Part shown: piece by piece, positions 11,986 to 25,200 of the stretch
Layout: each line of letters starts with the position of its first letter
How positions within the stretch are numbered: the first letter of the stretch is position 1
Assembly (NCBI GenBank): GCA_009103225.1
Contig: RHPI01002071.1
Coordinates: 26,281 to 87,737, forward strand
DNA: 61,457 nucleotides
Direction: 5' to 3'
Source of the DNA: Chlorokybus atmophyticus
Lineage: Eukaryota; Plantae; Mesostigma and Chlorokybus algae
The notes under the pieces: model-generated
Database searches by the model: none
What the model saw: only the letters and a program-made list of their open reading frames with translations
What the model was told of the DNA's origin: nothing
Translations under genes and position numbers: made by a program

Positions 11986-12049
11986 GCGCGTAAAGCCAGC
12001 TATGTAAGGAAGGTGACATGGTGCCCAGTTTACCATGTTGTCTTTTAAC

Positions 12050-13050
12050 CTATTGCCATTCTGACCAAGGAGGTCCAGCACTCCTGTGGTGTACCTGCTT
12101 GAAACCGTCGTTGACGCTCCTTGTAGAAGCCACTCCGCACGCGCTCGTCGCGCAGGGTGTCGCGGTGCTGTGCAATGCGCATGTTGTTGAAGGCCATTGG
12201 GACGGTGTGCTCGAACAGCGCGGCGCGTGTGGTAATGTCGTGGTGCATTCAGTTAGATCGTTGAGGTTGTTCACCACACGGTCTACTTCTTGTTGTGCAC
12301 GACAGGGAAGCAATGGCGGACGCCCGAACAGCAGGTAGTATGGACTGTACTCGCGCAGAGCCACCTGCTTTGATGATTGATATTCAAGAGCCACCCACAG
12401 AAGGTGGTCGTCTCAGATGTTCTTTTTCATACTCCATCACGTACTTGCGGAGTGCCTTCTTGATGGTCTGTACTGTCCGCTCGGCGGGACCGTCGGCTTG
12501 GGGTTGGTAAGGTGAAGTGCGACGATGATCGATGTAGCATCTAATCAATATGGTGTCGAACTCCCCTGTGAACTCAGTGCCCTGGTTGGTGATGACCTCA
12601 GCGCAGCTGCCGAACCGGCTGAGGACATGGGAGAGGAAGGCTTGAGACACCCCCCCTGCTGCTCTTGTCAGGTAATGGCACCAGCTCCACCCATTTGAAA
12701 AAGTGCTTGATCATGACCAGGATGTAACGGTTGCCACGCGCCGAGGGTGCCAAGTCTCTCAAGATGTCGAGTCCCCAGCGATAGAAAGGACCGGAAATGG
12801 GGAGAGGGTGCAAGGTGGCGCTGCGTGTGTTGAGGCCGGCGCGTACCATATCACACTGCTAGCAGCGACATACGAACCCCTGCACCTGTTTGGACAACCC
12901 ATACCACCAATATTGCGCCCTTACCAGGCTGACGGTATGCTTGACACCGAAGTGTCCAAGCTCAGTGTGGAGGGCAGCAATGATGCCCTCGCGTGTGGCT
13001 GGTGTCGGCACCTCTTTGTCCTCGTTATGGACGCGGCGGTACACCTTATC
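12050..13050 (-). pseudogene. Integrase (HHCC zinc-binding plus rve DDE core)
   Basis: LHTELGHFG...YWWYGLSKQVQGFVCRCD; RWGLDI; VITNQGTEF; SPYQPQADGPAERTVQTIKKAL; YSPYYLLFGR. Confidence 0.92.
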
Positions 13051-13429
13051 ATCCGCTCACCAATAGTGGCGGGTGCATCGATTGACACGATCTTTCTCTC
13101 GTGCACTCATACCGGAGAGCAGCTGGCCACTTTGAAGGAAGGATAGTGATAACTTGTCCAGCCATATGTCCTGCCTATATTGGTGGGTGCCAGCTCGGTG
13201 TCGTCGACTTCAACATCGACCGCGTGGACGTCCCTTGGGGGTGTGGTCACTGTGGGGCCGGTGGACTCAAGGGCAAGATTCTCCTCTACCGTTGAGGCGG
13301 CGGTAATGTTGATTTGGCGCCCTGAGGGTAACGCGGCAACAGCAAGCATGGCCGCCACGTCGGAGCTGTTGCAGGGCCGAGCTCGTGCCGAGCTGCCGTT
13401 GCATCGTTGGTACTGAGGTGAGGGTTGCG

Positions 13430-13810
13430 ACTAAGGCCATCGGCGTCTTGGTTGGTGAGGCCGGCGCGGTGGTCGATCCCAAAGTCATACTCCAGCAACA
13501 ACAGGGCCCAGCGGGCAAGTTTTTCTGTCGAATGTCGGTTGGTCATCAACCACTTGTGTGGCTGATGATCGGTGATCAACTGGACTTGTCGACCAAAGAG
13601 GAAAGGTCTGCATAAGGTATTAGCCCACACTGCAGCAAGGCACTCCCCCTCATAACTGATGTAGTTGGCCTTAGCGTTGTTGTTGCTTCTGCTAGCGTAC
13701 GACACCACCCTCTCCTTCTTGTTCTCATCATGCTACACCAGCACAGCCCCCATCCCAAGCTTGCTCTAGTTGGTGTGGAGGATGAAGGGCTTGTCGTAGT
13801 CAGGGCGTTG
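13430..13810 (-). pseudogene. RNase H (Ty3/Gypsy type)
   Basis: KPFILHTN*SKLGMGAVL; SYASRSNNNAKANYISYEGECLAAVWA; TDHQPHKWL; DADGLSR. Confidence 0.9.
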
Positions 13811-13849
13811 CAGGATGGGAGCAGTGGTGAGCCTGCCCTTTAGCTCCTC

Positions 13850-14720
13850 AAATGCCTGCTGTTGTGGCTCCTTCCGCGCAAATTGCACTTCCTTCTTCAG
13901 AAGCTGGTTGAGGGGTCGCGCGATCTTTGCAAAGTCCTTCACAAACCTGCATTAGTAGTTGGCAAGGCCAAGAAAGGCGTTCAGGCGCGTAAGGTCTTTT
14001 GGAGCAGGGATAGCCGCCAAGGCCTTCACCTTTGCCTGCTGTACGTACACACCGTGGAGCACAATCATGTGCCCTAGGTAGGGTACCTTGCGAGTGAAGA
14101 AGGTGCACTTGTCCAGGAACCGTAACACCCCCTTGAGTCTCTTCAGCACTTCCTCAATGTGCAGTAGGTGCTCGTTGTTGCTGCGGCTGAAGATGAGAAT
14201 GTCGTCAATGTAGCATTGCGCGAGGTCTAGCCCCTTCAAGGCTTTGTCCATAACGCGCTAACACTTGGCAGGAGCATTCTTTAGTCCGAAGGGCATGACC
14301 TTTCACTGGGACAGCTGTCGGTTGCCTAAGAAGGAGGTCTTATGCTTGTCCTCCTCTTTGATGGCGATCTGGTTGTACCCTTGTCGCATGTTCACGATGC
14401 TGAAGACGGTACAGTCTCCTACATCATTAGCGATACCCTCTGCAGTAGGCATTAGATACCTGTCTTATTTGGTTTTGTTGTTGAGGGGGCGATAATCACC
14501 GCACATTCGCCGGTCCGTCCAATTGCCTGCTGAATCCTTCTTTGGGGGCATGACGGTCGCGGCCGCAAAGTCCGATGTGGACTCCTCAATCAGGCTTGCA
14601 TTTTGCAGAGCCTTGCACCTATGCTCCACCAAGTCTTCTTCCAACTTGGAGCGTCAGTACCGTTGTTGAAACACTGGTTCGGTGTCCACCAACTCGATGT
14701 CCATCTGGTAAACCAAGCAA
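13850..14720 (-). pseudogene. Reverse transcriptase
   Basis: RMCGDYRPLN; MPFGLKNAPA; CYIDDILIFS (YxDD); VPYLGH; LNAFLGLANY. Several in-frame stops. Confidence 0.95.
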
Positions 14721-14949
14721 ACGCCCAGCTCGTTCGCGCTAAAACTAAATTGACTCCTCCACTTGTTGAAGAGAGCCTCAAGTTGTTCTCGCGTCTAGCC
14801 TGCAGCCAGTGGTCCAATGGTATGGGACCAAGAGGTAGCATTGGCGAGTACTAGGATGTCCTCCACATTGACTGCTGCCTGCTCCTTTATATGGGCGATT
14901 TTAAGGGCGGTGTGTGCCGCTTTGGTCTCTTGCAAGCGATCGGCCCACC

Positions 14950-16549
14950 CCCCCGCCAGGTATTTGAGCTCTTGGACACATGGCCATCCTGGAGAGTAAA
15001 GCATATTTCCAATAACCATACCATGCTGTTCTGATCCATGGCGCGTCTCAACAGCTGACATTGCTGACTGTTGGTCAGCGTGGAACCGGTGATACTGCCT
15101 GGAGAAAATCCCATGGCTCATTCGCGCTCACGTGCATTGGGTTCCTCCAATTGCCCTGTGTTGAAATTTAACACCATGCCTTTGCCGTGGTTGCGGAAGG
15201 CGTATAATCAGGGTAAGACATCAGAGTGGAGAGCGCACGACGTGGTTGACCAGGCTAATTGCACTGGTAGAAGTGCTGGTGATCGTGTCGGGTGACTGGT
15301 TGTGCTGTGCGCCTAGGGTCAAGGATAGCATTGACGGTGAGATCGCGTGGACGACTGCTGTGCAGATATTTAGCAGTGAAGAGATCCTCGACTGTAGCCA
15401 GGTTGGTCCACTTGGTGCGGACGCGATGAGCACGGGAGCCATAACGCGCTGCGTTGATTTTGAGAGGGTGTCCCAGTAATGAACACACCAGGCGAAAGTT
15501 GTTGGCCACGTGATGGCGCTTATCGTCCTCGGAGTGCACATTCTCGATGATATATTTTGGAGGTTTGCACAGCTGGTTGCTCTGCACGATTCTGATGATA
15601 CGCATTAGTTCTTAAAACAGACGCGAGCGGCTTTTGGGCCACAAGGGCGGCGGCAGCAAGCTTGTTGTTGGTGGTGGTGTAGTGCAAGGTTGGGTGGCGG
15701 TGACGGCGAGGGCAACCGGTGGACTGACGAGAGAGTACACGAACCAAGTCGGCTGCAAGCGGTGTTGTTTCCTTTTCCCTACGCTCGAGGCGGCCGTGCC
15801 AGGCTCACGGTAAGCGTGTGTAGGCAGGGAATTGTGTTTATAGCAGCAGCGGCAACAGCAGCACCAGCTACCGTTGCTGCTGCATGTCTGTGTATATGTA
15901 CGTGTTGGCCTCAAGCGGTTGTGGTGAGAATGTGTGTCGTTGGTTGTTGACACTGCAGCACCTGCTGTTATCAACTAATGATGCATTTGTGGATGTATGA
16001 TTGCATCCAATGTGATGAAGCACATGTCGTGTTTTACGAGGCGATGGCCAGGTGTGTCGGTTCTACAACGTGATGGCGCTTATCGCCCTCGGAGTGCACA
16101 TTTTCGTTAATATATTCTGGAGGTCTGCACAGCTCGTTGCTCTGCAGAATTTTGATGATACGCATTAGTTCTTAAAACAGTCGCGAGCGAGGATCAGAGA
16201 GTCCTTGGCCTATGCCTGCTCTGGAGTGTCCTTGACACTCCCATCCTGCTATCAGCAGGTCGATGTTGCCCACCGCCAAGAGGTGATCCGCAGTGATTAA
16301 ACGGATGTCCTGTGGCAGTGCCTTCAAACTGCCTTGCAGTGCCGATAGTAGCAGCCGCTGCGGGTAGCATTTGTGTAGGTGGCGCAGGTGGTGGCGCAGG
16401 GCAAGCTGTGCGTGTGGATCAGGGTCACAGTAGAAGTACTTGGTGACCGTCGCGTCAGTGTTGAGGACCGCGGCGAGGCCACTACCTATACCTCCAAACA
16501 GTTCCAACACGGTGATGCCTTGTTGTCGACGAAATACGTGAAACTCCAC
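14950..16549 (-). pseudogene. Cytosine-5 DNA methyltransferase domain inside the Gypsy pol, split by an internal duplication/insertion (15509-16192)
   Basis: Motif I VLELFGGIGSG; motif III-IV DIR...IDLLIAGWECQGHSRAG (catalytic Cys); motif VI YIIENV; motif VIII GSRAHRVRTKWTNL; motif IX/X region ERE*AMGFSPG...QLLRRAMD. Confidence 0.9.
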
Positions 16550-16947
16550 TACTCAAGTGGCCACCTGGTGTTGCTCCTCAACCGCAGCTTGGTCCTTGTG
16601 GAGAGGGAACCGCGAAGTGAGCCGTGGTTACAACATGCAAAGAGTTTTGCCTCCCGCACCAATTTTTAATTTCACAATGCCCTCGGCGGAAGGCAAACAC
16701 CCTCGCACAACCACGCACGCTGGTACAGGACACACCCCATCAGCACTCACTCAACCCATTGCCTCCCACGCCGCCGGTACCCCTGCCATCTGAATTGCCG
16801 GCGCCTGCAGACAACACCTTGCACCAGCAATTATTTTGGCTGGCACCCACCAATGACGCCGAAGCCGTGTTTCACAGGTAAACGGCGATTTGGCTTGAAG
16901 CAATCGTAAACGGCGCATGTAGTAGCATTCATTGGGCGGTGCATGAT

Positions 16948-18700
16948 TGTTACAACGGCCTTGCAGGATATCATATAAATTAAACCCAATTTTATGTACA
17001 GTAATTACAAACTTACCTACACGTGACTGTACACCCCTTTAACCACCATTTGTTGACTTAAAAACTACTAGGTACCTAGGGGTTATGGGAACATGAGTTA
17101 CTTAGCCTCACATAGTCTTAAGCTTTTGCCGCGCTCCCAAATCGGCCTTGCCGACCCGCGACTAGCTACCCACTTAAGGTTGAGATAATCAGTATATGCT
17201 TTGCTAGAAACTTTTCTGGGCGCTTTGCCTATCGCTAGTTCACTCTTAGCCCACTTGAATCCTTCAGATCGCTTAGACTCTTTAGCTCATTAACAAGCAA
17301 CCTCTAATATGCCCAATAATTTTCCGAGGGGTAAATCACTCTCGCGCGGTGATGGGAGGCGGCGCGCGACATGCGCAGCATGCAAGCGTTGCCGCGTGCA
17401 GCCATATCCATGCCTTGGCAATTTTTCGCGACATCTTTTCGCGGACATGATCTGTTAGATAGTTCATGTGTGAACTGATATTAGTTCACACATTCACACT
17501 TGGCTTAGGCACCGCCTATTGCCCTATCTTCTAATTCTTGGTTTCAACATTAGCTCACTAGTGAAACAACGACTATAAACTACCTGTTAAGTCACAGTTG
17601 CAACCTAAAACCCTCCAGTATTTACAACAACCTATTCCTGCGTGCGATGATGAGAGGGCGCGTCGCCTCTTTCACATACACACACATTTCTAGCGACCTT
17701 GGGGACTCAGCCGTTTTTGCGTCAACTCCTCTTACGACAGTGAACCAATGTTTAGTTCACTTATCTACTGTTTAATTCACTAATCAACTACTTAGTTCAA
17801 CATGATTCAACTTTATCGCTAGCTTCACTTAGTTCACTTAATTCTCTTTGGGTACTTGAACTATATCTTGTTCATTTTTGCGAATAGTTCAGTAACTGAA
17901 TATAGGTCACATTTCGCTAACTCTACATAATTGTTTATGCTTGAGTCATTCAATACCCTTTGTAAAAAATAGTTATGCTTCTCGCCTTTTATAAATTGGC
18001 GAACTAAGATTGTCGTGAGGAAACTAATTGGTTGATTCACTTCAGTTCACTTGTGGACTATCCTGTTAATCTATAAGCGAACTCATCTTAGTTCTTACTA
18101 ATACCCTTCCTACCTACTTAGTGGGCGCCCGCGATTTTTGTCGCGGGTACCCTTCTCACCTGAAAGTAAGGGGCGCCGCGCAAAGGGGCTCCTCGCAGCG
18201 TCTTTATTCGGAAATTATTCACTAATTAGCGATCTAGATAGGTAGACAGGTAGCGCGTTCTTTTATCTTAGGTACATGTTTTCATGATTCCAATAGGCCG
18301 CCTTGGAAGGCCTCCAATGAACCTCATAATTACACATGCTTGTTTTCCTGATCATTAGAGTGATAAGGCCCATAACCCTGCATCACCTTATTGGATCACA
18401 ATATTTAAGTCAATGTGCTTTTATCTTCATATTCAAGATGCCCATACATTCATGAGTAGGGTAATTCCTTGTGTAACCACTATAATTGAGAGCATTTACA
18501 TGCATCCTTATTAGCCAGGTCTTTTATTAGCGATGTCACGCATTCATATTTGAAAATTAAAGCTCAAACACAAATACATGCATTTATAAAACATCTCTAA
18601 TAAACCAAGATATAATTCAAGGTTTACTAAACTTTTATCTTTTGCTAATTACACTTATCTATACACTGTACATGGCTAGCATAATAGCTATGCCGTAACA
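16948..18700 (-). repeat. 3' LTR of the chromovirus-like element (1753 bp)
   Basis: Termini TGTTAC (16948) and GTAACA (18700) are perfect 6-bp inverted ends, with the PPT adjacent at 18701-18712. Confidence 0.88.
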
Positions 18701-21700
18701 ATGCTCCCCCTTAGGTGTTGAGCGTCCCGCTCAATCTCATCACTTCGCGTCCACACGCGGGGTGCATACACGCTTCTTTCACCTAGGAAACGCAAAGCAT
18801 GATCAATACTTTAATAGGTTTAAACGTGTAATTTTCTTTCAGGTGGATATTTTTCAACAAATAGACTACCTAGACTTCATTGTTGGGCCGCGAAAAATTA
18901 TTGAAGAGAGTTACCGTAACTCTCTCCAATAATTTTTGAATGGAAGACAACAGTGTATATCAGGTTGTCAACCCATCGGCACGCTTCCACCAGGTGGCCC
19001 TTCCATATCGCAAAATACCTTGGAGATCGGCCATCATTGTTGTCTCAGCGTTTATGAGCCATAATTCCTTTAACTTCATACTCCCAATCTCCTTTGAAAA
19101 GAATTGAGGGTGGCTATTGCACCGACCCATCTTAGCGGTAATTTCGTATTACCGAGGCATGGAAAATATTGTTCATTCTTAGGGCTGATGGTAAGTCTAA
19201 TTGATAGCTCACCTTCCCTATCCTTTTTATTACCTTAAATGGTTCAAGCCATTGTGTTAATAATAACCGGACCCCCTCTATCATGGGAGCCAAAGAACTA
19301 CATATTATCCTCTAAGTAGGACCTGCTAGCCCACTTCGAAAATGGCCTCTGCCTCAGCATCGGCATACTAGCGCATACGATTTTGGGTAGCCTTAACGGC
19401 CCTTATGACCTCATTTTGCACTTGCCCTAATCGATGGGCCAAAATTCTCGACTGATGGGTTGACCCTTTTCCTCCCACCCATTTTCTGCCATAGCTTCAA
19501 TTGGGCTTAATGGGTGGCGGCCTGTTCCAAGCTAAGCTAAAAGGGAGTCACCCCGGTTGACTCATCTACCAAGTCATTTCTGGCATACTCAACAAAAGGG
19601 AGGTATGTATCCCAATCCCTTATATTCTCTAATGAGTAATGCCTCAAAGTTGTTCTACCAATTGGTTCACTCTTTCGGTTTGCCCATCTGTTTAGAATGA
19701 AATGCGATAGACATTTTCACTTAAATAATTCAGGGTTGACACAATTCTTATAAAAATGCCGAGGTAAATTGCAAGTCCCCATCCAATATTATGTCCACGG
19801 GCATACCATGTTGTGAATTCCACCTCCTTCAAAATGCATGTCCTAAACATTCATCCTTGAAGATCAAAGAGGGGTCGGTTCTAACACCGACCCCTCTTAA
19901 CAGGTCAACTTTGCTAAACAGGTCAACAACTTTGCTAAACAGGTCAACAAATTCAACCATTGTCGAATTTCCTTTTATCGTTTTAGGTAAATGGGTTATA
20001 AAATCGATATTGACTTTCACGCCCCTTCGGTATTGGTAATAGCTGTAACCTCCCCGCCAGTATAGTGATTGCTTATTTCGTTGACATGAGTTACAATCCC
20101 TTATGAATTTTTCCGCATCAATTCGTAAGGTTGGTCATCAACAGCTTTTAGATAATGACTTGGTCATTTTTTCAATATAAAAATGACTGCGGCATGGTGG
20201 GCTATGTGACTGATTACTTACTTCCAACCTTAGTGACTCAAAATTCGGAACCGCAAATGTTTCATTATCCTTATACCAAAATACCCCATGTGGTTTCAAC
20301 ATTTGGTAAAATTCAAAAAGGAATTTCGGGCAAATTATATAACCTGCAATTATTCTGTTGAAATGGTCACTCGCATACGGCAATGTGAGCAAGTCCATAT
20401 CACCGTTAAGTAGGCACCCCGCATTTAATAATCTATGGGGTGCCTACTTAGAAGATCGGCCGCATCAATTCAATCGGGTCTATATTCCCATTAAAATCCA
20501 GATTGCACTAAGCACTCGTTCCACTTAACTTGGCGCCGTGGTAAATTGGGTCGTGTATATAGGTGAGTTAGGGGGTTGTGATTGGTTATCACCTTACGAT
20601 GTCTTCCCTCTAAGTAACACCTCCATTTAACTAAGGCATTCACAACACCCAATAATTCTTGGTCGGTGGTAGAGTAGCTCTTTTCCACAGGCTTTTACTT
20701 GAATCTTTTAAAGGTTATTGGATGACCTTCTTGTACTAGTATAGCCCCGGTTCAAGCCAATCAGGCATCACTTATTACTTCGAAAGGCTTGTCGTTCCCC
20801 GGTAATTTTCATACCGAAAATTCTGTTATGAAGGCCTTAAGCTTTTCAACAGCTGCTTGCTCTTTAAGCCCCCATCAAAGGGTTTTTTAGATACCTGTTA
20901 AAGGAGTGGGACGGCTTTATCTATGGTTTTGCCATTCTATCTTGGGCATTCAAAATGGAATGCCCAAGATAAAATGTCAAAACCATAGATAAAACCCTAA
21001 GAATTTTGTAACTCATTCACGTTCTTGGGTACATGCTAATATTTGAATCTTTTTATTTTCTCTGAATCGCCTTTCATCCCATTTGTATTTACAATGTTGC
21101 CCAGTACTCTACTTCCCTAGCAAAGAAACCACATTTCTTGAAATTTGCCAAAAACTTGTGCCCCCGTAGCTTTTGTAAAGCTTTTTTCACATGGTGCACA
21201 TGTTGGTCTTTGGTGCTTGAAAATACAAGTATATCATCCAAGTATACTAGGATGAAATTCTTAACTTCTTCTTCAAAATGTCATTCATTACCGCTTGGAA
21301 AGTGGCGTGGGCATGACATAGGCCAAATGGCATTACCGTGTACTCACAATGCCCCATAAGAGTTTAAACCCCGTTTTGTACCTATCTTCAATAGCAATAA
21401 GTATTCAATAATAGCCACCAGTTAAGTGGTATATGGTATAATGAATGGTATAATGAACCATGACTTCCCCACTAATAGGTCATAAAGATCATCCAAGCGC
21501 GGTAAAGGGAAGGCATTCTTTAACGTTTGCTCATTTAATGCACGGTAATTTGCACACATCCGTATCTTGCCTCCCTTCTTCTCGGCCAAAATTACATTCG
21601 CCGAATAGGGGCTTTGCGATTTTACTATCTAACCCCATTCAAGAGAAAGTAAACTTGCTTCTCTGCTTCACCTTTTTCCTTAACCCTTGGTCTACACAAC

Positions 21701-23675
21701 GGCGTAAATGCCGGTGGCATCGGCCCCTTGCTTTAGTGGGACCATTTCAGACAAAAAGCAATTGAGTGGGGCAATTCGTAAATTCGCGGAGTATAAATTT
21801 TTGAATTATTTTCCTACCGGATGTACCTTATCCCACTCTATATCACTTGAATTTTCTAGGTCCCATACGGCAGTTAAAGTACCTAAAGCCAAGTGGGATT
21901 AATCCTCCAACCATTGATAGTTTAAATTAACTTAAGGCTTTTCCCCTTTTATTAGGCTTTCTTTTCTTATTGGGTATTAAAGGAAAGCGCTTCACACCTT
22001 GTTTGATTTAAATAGAAGGCGGCACGCGCGTTTGTTTAAATTTCACACGCTCTTGCCAACTACATGTTTATAGGTTAGTGGAAAACGGGGACTTTGAGCT
22101 AGGTAGCTCACCCATCTTTCTCATTCCCGTTGGTAGCCTTCTCCACTTACCAAATTACTTAGGCGTGAGAAGATTTGCTTTTACCTCGGAATTGATTTTT
22201 TATAATTGCCAATAGTCAGATAAAGTGAGTCAAATCACGCAATGGCACACATATGAGAATCCGTTCATCCTCCACCTCATATGATTCAATTCTTGGCAGT
22301 TTCACAAATTCATTCTCAAAACAACCATCACATTTCATAGGCTACGACAACGTTACATCTATACACCTATTGTCACCGCGTTGCCTATTGGTTTGTCCCC
22401 TTCGCATTTGTACACAAGTAACCACCCCACACCGTCATTTAATGGGGTCTTCAGAGGTGGACTTCTCCTTTGTTTTTTAAGGCCATTGATAGGACCTATG
22501 CCCCCTTTCGCCGCAGTTGATGCACAATTCACCCTTGAGTCTTCTCTCTTTTTCATCATTGGAGAGGGGCTCCTTTTGCTTTGAAGGGCTTAGAAGGTTT
22601 TTTGCTCTTCAACTGTGGAGAGGCTTTTGAAGACTTGTCCTTAGCAACCGGCTTCTCCAATTGCGGGCTAGATCTCTTTCGTTTCTTGCCCCTTTCAGAT
22701 TTGTCCACCCTCGCCATCCTTAGTTTCATTGTCAATAGTCGCTCAAGTACGGCTTACTTAGCGGGCATAATTCTTTGCATCCTCATTATCTAGTTGCTAA
22801 AGTTCTGAATGCAAAGCCAAAATGAAATCGTGGGCCTTTTCCATCAAGCTTAACGGCCTCCCCCCATTAGCAGCTTGCCGCCGACAAGTTGAATTGATTC
22901 ATAAATTCAGCTATTGGCCTACGTGATTGCCGTAAGTAAGTCATTCAGTTTATCCTTGGCATCAAGCCCGGCATCAGCTGTGCGGTATTGACAAAGCAAA
23001 GAACTCTTTACGGGAATAATAATGGGTTGGTTCATGTAAATGGGACTTCGGGTCCTTCCACAATAGGAGTGGCTCTGGACCTAGGTACCCCGTTGCTAAA
23101 CGCAACCTATCTCCTGCTGGTACTGTGGCTAAGGTCACTTCAACCTACTCCACCAAGCATCCATGTCCTCCCCGTTTTTCCCAGTCCATATCGGGGGGAT
23201 TTTAAAATACTTGAAGCTCGGGCCAGAATGTCCTCCAACCACCTTGTCCTCCAATTGCTTCATTCTTTTTTCTTGGAGGACTTAAAGGCGCTTGCGCTCC
23301 TTCTCTTCTTTCTCGAGGCTTATTACAAGCCTCAATAGTCCTGGCTTGCCCTTTTTACCGGGCTCCATACAAGCGAGAGCTACCCTTTTGTACTTTGGCG
23401 TCATTCGGTTCAACTGCTTTGCCGCTTATGGCTCAATTGGGCCCTTGTGTGGCTCTAATGGTGGCCCCGAGTTTGCCATTCTCGCGAGCCTCCTTTTAAC
23501 TTCGCAATAATCCTCCTCATCGTTACTACTACTAATGGGTTCGCGCCAACGAGTTCTTTCCTACAAGCCGTAGTTTTTGCATGCACTTTGCAAGCGCGAA
23601 TTACCGAACCACGTTAATGGTGCCCTAACCACAAGCCAAAAAGCTAGGACCGTTAGCCCAAGCTCCAGTACGAAG

Positions 23676-24830
23676 TGCTATAAGGGCCTTGCAGGATATC
23701 ACATAAACAAATCCAACCTTATGTACAGTGATCATCAACTTATTTACATGTGACTGTACACCCCCTAACCACCGTTTGTTAAATTAACAACTACTAGGTA
23801 CCTAGGGGTTATGGGAACATGAGTTACTTAGCCTTACCTAGTCCCAAGCTTTTGCCGCGCTCCCAAATCGGTCTTGCCAACCCGCGACTAGCTACCCTCT
23901 TAAAATTGAGATAATCAACTTATGCTTTGCTGGGAACTTTTATAGGCGCTTTGCCTATCGCTGGTTCACTCTTAGCCCACTTAGGTTCTTTGGATCACTT
24001 GGACTCTTTAGCTTACTAGCAACCTCTCATGTGCCCAACAACTTTCCGAGGGGCACATTACTCTCGCGCGGTAATGGGAGACGGCGCGCAAGATGCGTTG
24101 CCTGCAAGCGCTGCCGCGCGCAGCCATTTTCATGCCCGAGCCGTTGTTTTGCAACATCTTGTCGCGAACATGAACCATATAATAGTTCATGTTCGCGACA
24201 AGATGTTCATTGGTGAACTAATTTTGAGTTTATTATTTTACACTTGGCTTAGGTACCTTTCGTTCTATCATATTTGGTTCTTGGTTTCAACATTAGCTCA
24301 CTGCTGAAGTAATGGCTATAATCTAACTGTTAGTTCACTTTTAAAACCAAAAAAACCCTTTATCATTTTACAACAATCGATTTCTTGCGTGTGGTGATGG
24401 GAGGGCGCGTCGCCCTCTCTTATGTATACACACATTTCTAGCGGTGTTGAAGACTTAGCCGTTTTTACGGCAACTCCCCTTGCGACAATAAACAAACTCC
24501 AAGTTCACTTATAAACTGTGTGGTTCATTAATTGACGAATTTACTCATCATGATTAACTTTGACGCTAGCTACTTTAAGTTTAATTCTCTTATGGTACTT
24601 TAACTGTTTATTTCACTTTTCGTGAGCCCCTTATAGATTAAATTATTGTTGCAAATAGTTTAATGAATTAATATATGTTTTATTTTCGCTAACTCCACAT
24701 AATAGTTTATGCTTACATTATCTAGTACCCCTTGTTTGGAAATAGTTAGGCCAATTTGCCTTTTATGATTGACGAACTAAGGTTGTCTTGTGAACAAATC
24801 GGTTGATTTACTTTAAATCACTTGTGACCT
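23676..24830 (-). repeat. 5' LTR of the chromovirus-like element, truncated (~1.15 kb remains)
   Basis: Colinear with 16948-~18065, roughly 80% identical by eye. Similarity is lost near 24830. Confidence 0.85.
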
Positions 24831-25129
24831 ACCGGTATGTAGGCTGAGTTGCTACTTGTCTGCTAGAAACGCAGAGTCCTGTGCACAACTTGACTCTCAT
24901 TCGCGATCAACCGTTGCGATCGTCGTTGCGCTTTTAACCGGACACACTGTGCGCGGACGGTGCAGAATATATATACGCTGTGCGGGCGGTGCAGAATATA
25001 TATGTATCTTTTGGGCATGGGTACACGTGTAACCCGGAGTGGTGCACGGGGTCAATACGGTACTACGCCAGACAACAACCTCTGTTACTACATACATGTT
25101 TACAGAGGTTGCCTGTCCATGCATGGCAA

Positions 25130-25200
25130 GCATTCGTGGTCTAGGGGTATGATAGTAGCCTCCCACGCTACTGATCCGGGTTCGAGTCCCGGCGAATGCA
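25130..25200 (+). tRNA. trnG-CCC: tRNA-Gly(CCC), intronless
   Basis: Acceptor stem GCATTCG/CGAATGC plus discriminator A; anticodon stem GTAGC/GCTAC with loop CTCCCAC; T-loop GGTTCGAGTCC; A-box TGGTCTAGGGG. Confidence 0.95.

Larger units (their letters stand above)
10667..16620 (-). mobile_element. Ty3/Gypsy copy 2 (3' half: DNMT-RT-RNaseH-integrase-PHD followed by A-B-A repeats), decayed
   Basis: Domain order on the minus strand read from fragmented ORFs. Polypurine tract GGGGGGGTGTGGCT at 11747-11734 is followed by TGTTGACT. Confidence 0.92.
16948..24830 (-). mobile_element. Chromodomain-bearing Ty3/Gypsy (chromovirus-like) element, old and AT-rich, 5' LTR truncated
   Basis: Direct repeats start at 16948 and 23676. 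The minus strand carries a Gag knuckle LCINCGERGHRSYQ (~22490-22535), [14 protein letters not shown] (~21240), RNase H YSTTDQELLGVVNAL (~20650), integrase FITHLPK (~20000) and chromodomain YEVKGIMAHKR...RYFAIWKGH (~18965-19082). PPT AAGGGGGAGCAT precedes 18700. Confidence 0.92.

Noticed and set aside
15633-15760. Shared repeat with 43670-43770
   Set aside because: The similarity is limited to short GC-rich words (GGCGGCGGCAG, GACGGCGAGGGCA) and is too weak to assert without an alignment.
24830-25200. tRNA-targeted integration of the chromovirus-like element
   Set aside because: The 5' LTR is truncated by ~600 bp, so the current 300-bp distance to the tRNA is not the original insertion geometry.
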